Virus record (IMG/VR): IMGVR_UViG_3300021356_000129
Span: 1 to 28,122 of that record
DNA: 28,122 nt
Source: a virus
Taxonomy: Duplodnaviria; Caudoviricetes
Reading direction: 5' to 3' (one strand)
Shown: piece after piece, positions 1 to 7,300 of the stretch
Position numbering within the stretch: the stretch's first letter is position 1
Layout of the letters: each line of letters opens with the position of its first letter
The notes under the pieces: model-generated
What the model saw: the letters and a program-made list of their open reading frames with translations, nothing else
What the model was told of the DNA's origin: nothing
Database searches by the model: none
Program-made: the position numbers and the translations under genes

Positions 1-109
1 TATGTGTGGTGAGGACGTTTCGTTCTGTCTGGATGCAATTGACGCAGGATATAAGATCTGGTGTGATCCACGGATTCGAGTTGGTCACGAGAAGACACGA
101 GTCATTTGA
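1..109 (+). CDS. 3' end of a GT2/GT-A-like glycosyltransferase family protein (partial, begins upstream of window)
   Basis: Frame +2 reads MCGEDVSFCLDAIDAGYKIWCDPRIRVGHEKTRVI* (TGA 107-109). 'GEDxxFC...G.kiw.Dp.i.vgH' is the typical C-terminal motif of GT2-like enzymes, and I recall it as a conserved T4-like cyanophage gene. Not in the ORF track. Confidence 0.7.
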   Translation, partial: MCGEDVSFCLDAIDAGYKIWCDPRIRVGHEKTRVI

Positions 110-114
110 TTCTC

Positions 115-145
115 AGGTGGGTTCCTTGACAGGACCCACCTTTTT
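115..145 (+). terminator. Rho-independent terminator after the glycosyltransferase-like gene
   Basis: Stem AGGTGGGT(115-122)-T-CCT, loop TGAC, then AGG-ACCCACCT(131-141), with a T-run at 141-145. It starts 5 nt after the stop codon. Confidence 0.8.
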
Positions 146-154
146 CAGTATGAT
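126..154 (+). promoter_or_regulatory. sigma70-type (host RNA polymerase, early) promoter
   Basis: Perfect -35 TTGACA (126-131), 17-bp spacer, -10 TATGAT (149-154), 23 nt upstream of the ATG at 178. Confidence 0.8.
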
Positions 155-177
155 ATGAGGGTACAAATGAGACAGGC

Positions 178-459
178 ATGACCTACCGACCAAAGAACGA
201 GTGTGACGATTGTGGTTACACTTGGTATCCAAGAGGAAAGAATCGTTCTTTAAGATGTCCACATTGTGGAAGTCGTGATATCATTAAATATGAAACTCGA
301 TACACCACTGATTGGAGTTTCAGGTTCTTCTTGATCATTATTATTTCTTTCCTGATTGGTGTGATGGCTCATGGTAAGAATGAAACTCTGACCAATTTGG
401 CTATCTTTAGTTTTATGGGTGGTGGGTTAGGTCTTGTAATTACACATCAAGGAGATTAA
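178..459 (+). CDS. Zn-ribbon membrane protein (CxxC...CxxC plus two predicted TM helices), 93 aa
   Basis: CDDC and CPHC pairs in 'CDDCGYTWYPRGKNRSLRCPHCGS'; hydrophobic stretches FFLIIIISFLIGVMA and LAIFSFMGGGLGLVI; directly behind a strong promoter. Confidence 0.7.
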   Translation: MTYRPKNECDDCGYTWYPRGKNRSLRCPHCGSRDIIKYETRYTTDWSFRFFLIIIISFLIGVMAHGKNETLTNLAIFSFMGGGLGLVITHQGD

Positions 460-605
460 TGGCAAAACTCAAAAAATCTTTGACTGGTCAGACAATGATC
501 GACTCGACTCCGAAAAAGACTCGTCAGGGCATGGGTAAACACACGAAACTTGCTGCAACTTCTGCTAATAAGAAGAAGAAACGTTATCGTGGTCAAGGAC
601 GTTGA
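459..605 (+). CDS. small highly basic peptide, 48 aa (MAKLKKSLTGQTMIDSTPKKTRQGMGKHTKLAATSANKKKKRYRGQGR)
   Basis: ATG overlaps the upstream stop (TAATG 457-461), SD-like AGGAG at 450-454, TGA 603-605. I recall the KRYRGQGR ending from small conserved proteins of marine T4-like phages. Below the ORF-track length cutoff. Confidence 0.8.
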   Translation: MAKLKKSLTGQTMIDSTPKKTRQGMGKHTKLAATSANKKKKRYRGQGR

Positions 606-976
606 TCGAAGGTTATAACCTGACTGTATACACTTATCTCGCTCCCAGTAAAGTCTGTGACGGGGTAGGTGTTTTTTCTTTGGTTGATATACCAAGAGAT
701 ACTATTATCTTCAAACCAAAGAGGTGTATTCAGATTACTGATGTGTCTCCTGAGATACAGACCTATCTGAAGAAGATGACTTACTATGATGATAATGGTT
801 ATTGGATTGATGATGATCTACAACGATTGGGTCAACAGTATTACATCAATCATTCACATCATCCAAATGTGGCTTACGAACGTAGTACAGGACAACTGTA
901 TGCGATTCGTGATATAATTAAGGACGAAGAACTCACTGATTATTATTTTCCAGGAGAAAGGGATTGGCTTACTTAA
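602..976 (+). CDS. SET-domain protein (putative protein lysine methyltransferase), 124 aa
   Basis: SET motifs in the correct order: GxG 'DGVGVFSLVDIPRDTII', 'YINHSHHPN' (NHS motif) and 'AIRDIIKDEELTDYY' (C-terminal catalytic Tyr region). The TTG start overlaps the upstream TGA (TTGA); exact start uncertain. Confidence 0.8.
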   Translation: MIEGYNLTVYTYLAPSKVCDGVGVFSLVDIPRDTIIFKPKRCIQITDVSPEIQTYLKKMTYYDDNGYWIDDDLQRLGQQYYINHSHHPNVAYERSTGQLYAIRDIIKDEELTDYYFPGERDWLT

Positions 977-1665
977 ATCACAGTTTACCTGATTGGTCTT
1001 GTTACATTCGTAATGAGTTCCTGTACAACCATAAGAAGGGACATGGAGAAGTCACTAAGGCTGATGTCCATAGTGTCGCGAGTATGGAGAAACGTGTCCC
1101 TTTGTTTGAGGCGTTTCTGGAGAATGGTGTCAATTGGACACGGAGACCCTTACATGCCTTCTGTTGGGATCCAGAGGCGAAGATAGAACCCTTAGAGGAC
1201 ATCATGTACTGGGATTGCTTTAGTCCTTATATTGATGTACAGAGACGACATCGACTTGCTGGTCTTCAGGCACAATTGATTCGACCTGATGGTAAGAAAG
1301 TATTGGGTGATTATATGTTCACGATGGATTGGTCCTGGGAGAATAAAGGTGTACCAGACCTGAACTATTCAGAAACTCCTGAACATAAGTGTGCACACCT
1401 GTTTAAGGTTGAAACTGGTAATTATTACGCCTATCCTAACAATCGGATCATTTGGTATGATAATGCATGGACATTCAAACGTATTGATAAGAACCCTGGT
1501 TTTGAGATTGATACCACTGTCTATAGTGTAGAGAATAAGAGAAAGATGGAAACATCTGATCACTACATGTATGAGGTGACTGATTTAGAAGAACCACAAG
1601 ATGATTTTGATGGTTTAGGTGATACTTGGAAATCACAAGAGTTTAGATACGCTGATCCGCAATAA
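964..1665 (+). CDS. conserved hypothetical phage protein, 233 aa
   Basis: Long ORF, TTG start with SD AGGAG at 952-956, 13-nt overlap with the SET gene. Trp/His/Cys-rich motifs (RRPLHAFCW, WDCFS, SETPEHKCAH, YAYPNNRI) that I recall from marine phage hypotheticals. Confidence 0.8.
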   Translation: MAYLNHSLPDWSCYIRNEFLYNHKKGHGEVTKADVHSVASMEKRVPLFEAFLENGVNWTRRPLHAFCWDPEAKIEPLEDIMYWDCFSPYIDVQRRHRLAGLQAQLIRPDGKKVLGDYMFTMDWSWENKGVPDLNYSETPEHKCAHLFKVETGNYYAYPNNRIIWYDNAWTFKRIDKNPGFEIDTTVYSVENKRKMETSDHYMYEVTDLEEPQDDFDGLGDTWKSQEFRYADPQ

Positions 1666-1668
1666 ATA
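1661..1668 (+). promoter_or_regulatory. T4-type late promoter (AATAAATA)
   Basis: One mismatch to the gp55 consensus TATAAATA; overlaps the upstream stop codon, 13 nt before the ATG at 1682. Confidence 0.6.
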
Positions 1669-1681
1669 ATCAAAAAGTGTT

Positions 1682-1837
1682 ATGGAAGATAAGAACTTTT
1701 TGAGAGAGATCAATCACGATCAAAAAACACCAAAGAATCAGAAGAAAGTCCGTCAAGATGGTTTCTATGAAGCGTCTGAAGCGGACTGGAAAGACTTCTG
1801 GGAGAATGAAGATAAAGCTGAAATTTTAACTGAGTAA
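1682..1837 (+). CDS. small hypothetical protein, 51 aa (MEDKNFLREINHDQKTPKNQKKVRQDGFYEASEADWKDFWENEDKAEILTE)
   Basis: ATG 1682 to TAA 1835-1837 fills the gap between two late promoters. Missed by the ORF track (under 60 aa). Confidence 0.65.
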   Translation: MEDKNFLREINHDQKTPKNQKKVRQDGFYEASEADWKDFWENEDKAEILTE

Positions 1838-1853
1838 TTTGTCGGGATACCCC

Positions 1854-1861
1854 TATAAATA
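1854..1861 (+). promoter_or_regulatory. T4-type late promoter (TATAAATA)
   Basis: Exact gp55 late consensus, 26 nt upstream of the gp25 GTG start. Confidence 0.85.
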
Positions 1862-1887
1862 ACCCTAGATTGTTGTAACATAGTTAA

Positions 1888-2289
1888 GTGCCAGTCCAAA
1901 GGGTAAGTAAAGGGTTCAAGGACGTTAGTGCAACGTTCAAGATCAACCCTATGAATTTCGACCTGATCTCAATATCAAATGAGACTGCGATTGCACGTGC
2001 AATTCGTAATCTTATCTCTACGATACCTGGCGAAAAACCATTTGAACCTAATATCGGTTCTAGGGTCACTGCTCTGTTATTTGAGAACCTTGACGTTCTA
2101 ACTGCTAGTACAATTCAAAGTGAGATTGAATCTACAATCATCAACTATGAACCTAGAGTAGAATTAGTACAGGTTAGAGTAACACCTGATTATGATAATA
2201 ATGCATTTGATTGTTACATCAAATATAATATTGTTGGAATCGATGTTCCGCAACAACAATTATCATTTGTATTACAACCGACTAGGTAA
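1888..2289 (+). CDS. gp25: baseplate wedge subunit gp25
   Basis: 'AIARAIRNLISTIPGEKPFEPNIGS...LFE...IINYEPRVEL' is the gp25/GPW family signature; located before gp6. Confidence 0.92.
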   Translation: MPVQRVSKGFKDVSATFKINPMNFDLISISNETAIARAIRNLISTIPGEKPFEPNIGSRVTALLFENLDVLTASTIQSEIESTIINYEPRVELVQVRVTPDYDNNAFDCYIKYNIVGIDVPQQQLSFVLQPTR

Positions 2290-4335
2290 ATGCCTCTAGT
2301 TAATTTCGCAAACTTAGATTTTGATCAGATCAAGGAATCCATCAAGGATTACCTTCGTACAAACTCGAACTTCACTGACTATGATTTTGAGGGATCGAAT
2401 CTAAGCACAATTATCGATACGTTAGCATATAATACGTACATTACCTCATACAATGCCAATATGGTATCTAATGAGGTATTCATTGATAGCGCCACTCTCA
2501 GGGAGAATGTGGTGTCTCTCGCGAGGAATATTGGATATGTACCAAGATCTAGAAAGAGCTCTGTAGCAAATGTATCTTTCGTTGTAAATGCATCTGGTAC
2601 AACAGCAGTTGCACTGACACTTAAAGCTGGTGCTGTATTGACTTCAAGATCAACACAGTCTGATAGAAATAGAAATTATATCTTCTCAATTCCAAATGAT
2701 GTTACCGTTCCTGTAGGTTCGGACGGTTTTGCACGTTTTACCATTGATGTATACGAAGGAACATTCATAACTCAGACGTTTACTGTCGATACTGGTAACC
2801 CACAACAGAAATTTACCCTTCCAAACTCTGGTATTGACAGTGACACCTTGTCAGTAATCGTTAAAGATACTGAACTTTCGACAGTTTCAAGAAAATTTGA
2901 ACTTTTTGACAGTCTTTTTGACGTTACTAAGGATACGAGGTGTTACTTTATCCATGAAATTAATCAGGAGAGGTATGAATTACTGTTCGGAGATGGAATT
3001 TTTGGCGTCAAACTTGATAATAATAACTTTGTTCAGGCAACATACATTGTTTCCAACGGTTCAGCCGCCAACAATATCAATAATTTCACTTATATCGGCA
3101 ATATCGTAGACAATAACGGTTCAAGTGTAAGTCAAGGAGTCTCGATTGTCTCCACAAACGTCCCTTCTTACGGTGGAAAGGAGATCGAAAGTGTCGAATC
3201 GATCAAAAAATACGCTCCGCAGATCTATGCATCGCAAAATAGAGCAGTTACAGCAGCAGATTATGAGGCCTTAGTTCCTCAAATCTACCCAGAAGCCGAA
3301 TCTGTGTCTGCTTTTGGTGGTGAAGACTTGAATCCACCTGAATTTGGTAAGGTTTTCATCAGTATTAAGCCCTATAACGGTGTATTTTTGTCAACTGCCA
3401 TCAAACAAAACCTCCAACAACATATTAAAAAGTACACTGTTGCAGGAATTAGACCCGAAATCATCGATCTTAAGTATCTTTACGTCGAAGCAGACGTTGA
3501 AGCGTACTATAATCCAAATAAAGCACCATCTGGATCGTTTGTTCAGAATTTGGTGACTCAAAATATTGCAAAATATGCAGATTCTTCAGAATTAAACCAA
3601 TTTGGTGCTCGATTTAAGTATTCAAAATTCCAAAAAGTCGTAGATAGTAGTAATGAATCGATGACATCGAACATTACGACCATCAAAATGAGAAGAGACA
3701 TGCAAGCGAGGCTGAATACCTTTGCTGAATACGAACTTTGCTTCGGAAATCGCTTCCATGTCAAGAATCATGGTCATAGTCCAGTCTATGATGGTACTTT
3801 ACTCGGTTATAATATCAGATCAACTGGATTTACAGTAAGTGGAATTAGTGGAACTGTATATCTTGGTGATAGACCCACTGGAAACCTTCAACAAGGAACA
3901 GTTTTCCTTTTCAAACTTAATTCTCCAACCGAACCAATTATCGTTAAACAGAATGTTGGTACGATTGATTACATGAAGGGAGAAATAAGATTGAATCCCA
4001 TCAATATTATTAGTACACAGGTAAATAAGAACTCTCCTATTGTCGAAGTATCTGCAAATCCTTTCTCAAATGACGTAATTGGTCTCCAAGATCTCTTCTT
4101 ACAATTGGATGTAAATAATACAACAGTGAGTGCTGTATCTGACAACATTTCTTCTGGAAATGATGTTTCTGGTACGAATTATATTGTATCTTCAAGTTAC
4201 AGTGTGAATACATTGGTAAGAGGAAATCCAATTGTCACCATTGATGTGGATTCAGAGACTGCGGCCGCAACTTCTGCGTCACAAACGGTAACACCTTCAA
4301 CAACATCTTCTAACACCTTCGGTAGATCCTACTAA
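2290..4335 (+). CDS. gp6: baseplate wedge subunit gp6
   Basis: 'LDFDQIK..DYL....FTDYDFEGS....DTLAYNT', 'FIDSATLRENVVSLARNIGY', 'FGDG' and 'QNRAVTAADY' match T4 gp6; 681 aa. Confidence 0.95.
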   Translation: MPLVNFANLDFDQIKESIKDYLRTNSNFTDYDFEGSNLSTIIDTLAYNTYITSYNANMVSNEVFIDSATLRENVVSLARNIGYVPRSRKSSVANVSFVVNASGTTAVALTLKAGAVLTSRSTQSDRNRNYIFSIPNDVTVPVGSDGFARFTIDVYEGTFITQTFTVDTGNPQQKFTLPNSGIDSDTLSVIVKDTELSTVSRKFELFDSLFDVTKDTRCYFIHEINQERYELLFGDGIFGVKLDNNNFVQATYIVSNGSAANNINNFTYIGNIVDNNGSSVSQGVSIVSTNVPSYGGKEIESVESIKKYAPQIYASQNRAVTAADYEALVPQIYPEAESVSAFGGEDLNPPEFGKVFISIKPYNGVFLSTAIKQNLQQHIKKYTVAGIRPEIIDLKYLYVEADVEAYYNPNKAPSGSFVQNLVTQNIAKYADSSELNQFGARFKYSKFQKVVDSSNESMTSNITTIKMRRDMQARLNTFAEYELCFGNRFHVKNHGHSPVYDGTLLGYNIRSTGFTVSGISGTVYLGDRPTGNLQQGTVFLFKLNSPTEPIIVKQNVGTIDYMKGEIRLNPINIISTQVNKNSPIVEVSANPFSNDVIGLQDLFLQLDVNNTTVSAVSDNISSGNDVSGTNYIVSSSYSVNTLVRGNPIVTIDVDSETAAATSASQTVTPSTTSSNTFGRSY

Positions 4336-4345
4336 TTAATAAAAA

Positions 4346-7300
4346 ATGGCAGTAGATAGAGTAAAATTCCAGGAAATTGTCACCAGCCAACTTCCAAGAT
4401 ATGTTAGAGAAGATTTTCCTCTTCTTTCGGATTTTTTAGAGCAATATTATATTTCCCAAGAGTCTCAAAGTGGACCTGCTGACATTATTCAAAATATTGA
4501 TCAATATGTTAAGGTAGAAGAGTTATTTGATATTGTAGATAATACGACTTTATCGTCGAATCTCAGTCTGACGGCGAAAACCATCCCTGTATCGTCAACT
4601 ATTGGTTTTCCTGAAAATAACGGTATCGTTCAAATTGACAATGAGGTCATATTTTACTCTGGTGTCACTCCAACCTCATTAACTGGTTGTAAAAGGGGAT
4701 TTAGTGGTATCACAACCTATATCACTACAGGAAATCCTGATGAATTGACTTTTAGTCAAACTGATTCCGAAACACATAGTTCAGGTGCAGAGGTAAAGAA
4801 CCTTAATGTGCTGTTTTTGAAGGAATTCTTCAAAAAACTCAAAAAACAGGTCACACCAGGCTATGACGATAGAAATTTTTACGGAGATTTAAATAAAAAG
4901 AATTTTATCTACAATGCGAAGAGTTTTTACTCTTCAAAAGGTACAGATCAGTCATTTGAAATTTTATTCAGAGCATTATATGGTGAAGATGTCGAGATTC
5001 TGAAACCATCCGAGTTTCTTTTTACTCCATCTAATGCAAACTATAAAGTTACTAAGGATTATGTTGTTGAAGAACTTCAAGGCGATCCCTTAGACTTAAA
5101 AAATCTCACTATCTTCCAAAAGAGGACAGGGGCAAGGGGTGCAGTCACAAATGTACAAAGAATTCCCTATGCAGACTATCAATTCTATCAAATCAGTATT
5201 GATCAGGGTTTTGATTACACCAGTGACACTGCTTCAATCTATGGTGAATTTAAACCAAACCCATTGACGAAAATTCTTGAGAGTGTCAGTGTTGGTGCAT
5301 CAATTATCAGTGTTGACTCTACCATAGATTTCCCTGAATACGGAAATTTGGCTATCAATGACGTTGATGGTCAAGAAATGTCCATCGGATATTCTGGAAA
5401 GACATCAAACCAGTTTTTCAATTGTGATGGGATCGTTAAAGATATTGATAAGACTGAAGATGTCAAACTTGATGACTATTCTTATGCATATGTTGGAATT
5501 AATACTGATACTGAGATTCAGGTACGTTTTACTTCAACTCTGAAGGATTTTGTTCAAAACGAAAAGACCAATTACTTCAGACCTCTTGATACTATTCAGA
5601 TAAAATCTCTTGGTTATGAGGCTACAACCAAAAAGAATAATAATTGGTTTCTCAACATCAAACCAAAGTATAGAGTTGGTGATACTACGGTTATTGATCC
5701 TCTTGCGTTTATATATCAGTTTAAATTTCTAGAAACTCACTTCTTTAGTGAAGGATACGAGTTAAGGTATGAAAATCCCGATCAAAACATATCCTTGCTG
5801 GGAACAGTTGTTAGGGTTATTTCAAAAGATACGGTCAATGTAAGATTTTCTTCTCAAATTCCTCTCACAGGCGAATTTTATGTAGAAAATCAACTTTTGA
5901 AGGGATCTTCAACAAGATATCCATATATCGAAGAATTTGTTGCAAACGTTCAGAATACGTATGCCAAGTTTGATGGTGAGGTGATGGTTTCATCGAACTC
6001 AATTCCGAAATTCGATGATATTTTAACCAATACCTACAATTGTAGTGTAACCTTCTCAACGACACTTCAAAGCACACAAATCCTTACTCTTCCAACTAAC
6101 CCAACGACTTTACCTGATCATGGTTTCCATACAGGTGACTCTGTTTATTTTCAGTCAGCTGGTAGGGGTTTTGAAGGTGTATCATCAGGATCTTATTTCG
6201 TAAGAAGAATCAATGAGAGTCAGATTAGTCTCTCAAGAAGTAAGGCAGATTTATTCAAAGGGACATATCTAACTTTCAATGGTAATGTTGTTAATGCCTC
6301 TCTAACATTACTTGAATTCTATAAGAAAAATATCAAACCCCAGGGTATTTACAGAGAAATACTTGAACCTACTAATAATAGAATTGACAATCAATTTACA
6401 AAATCTGGTACTACTGGTATTTGGAATAATGGTGTTGAACTGTTAAATTATAAATCCACAAATAGTGTATACTATGGTGACATTATTAGTTTTAATGTCA
6501 CGAGAGGTGGAGAAAATTATGACATCATCAATCCTCCTATTGTCAAAATATCTGATGAAACTGGTGTTGGTGCTACAGCTATCGCTAACGTAATTGGAAG
6601 TCTAGAAAGACTTGACGTTATTGACACTGGTTTGGGTTATTATGAGCCACCGACTATTACAATTAAGGGTGGTAATGGTGTAGGTGCAGCAGCAAAACCA
6701 AGAATGGTCTCAATTGTACATGAGAATCCATTTAATGCAAATTCAAATGATGTAAATCTTGCAACTGACACATTTACCTTTAAAACAGATCACAAATTAC
6801 TCGATGGTGAAAGTGTCATCTATCAACCAAGAGGTACAAAAGGTATTGCTGGTCTTACAACCGATTCTGAATATTTTGTATTTGTTACTGGTCAAAAAAC
6901 CCTTAAACTTCATAGAACAAAACCTGAAGCTGTTGCAGGTATTAATACCATAAATTTAACTCAATTTGGTGATGGTGTTCAGTACATCACTGCATCTAAA
7001 CTGAAATCCGTTGTCTCCAGTGTCGTAATCACTAATCCTGGAACAGGTTATGAAAATAAGAAGAGAACAATTCCATCTGTTGGTGTCAATACCGTTTCAA
7101 ACAGAGTTGAGATTGTAAACCATGGTTATAAAGATAGAGAAATTGTAAGATACACAAGGGATGATTCTTTACCAAGAGTTGAAGGACTATCTGAAAATAA
7201 AGATTATTATGTTTTGAAAATTAATGATGATGAATTTGCTCTGACTGAAGTTGGAACTGGTACTAAAAATAACTCATATTTTTTTGACAGAAGAATAACA

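Noticed and set aside
456-695. 79-aa minus-strand ORF
   Set aside because: It lies antisense to the better supported 48-aa peptide and SET genes and has no recognisable motifs.
1849-1916. Possible RNA structure (ACCC/ACCCT pairing with AGGGT/GGGT) hiding the gp25 start on early read-through transcripts, as for some T4 late genes
   Set aside because: Only 4-5-bp helices around a loop of over 30 nt; too weak to claim without folding calculations.
4022-4117. Two GTAAATA matches inside gp6 as possible promoters for gp7
   Set aside because: Only the 6-nt core matches, which is expected by chance in AT-rich coding DNA.
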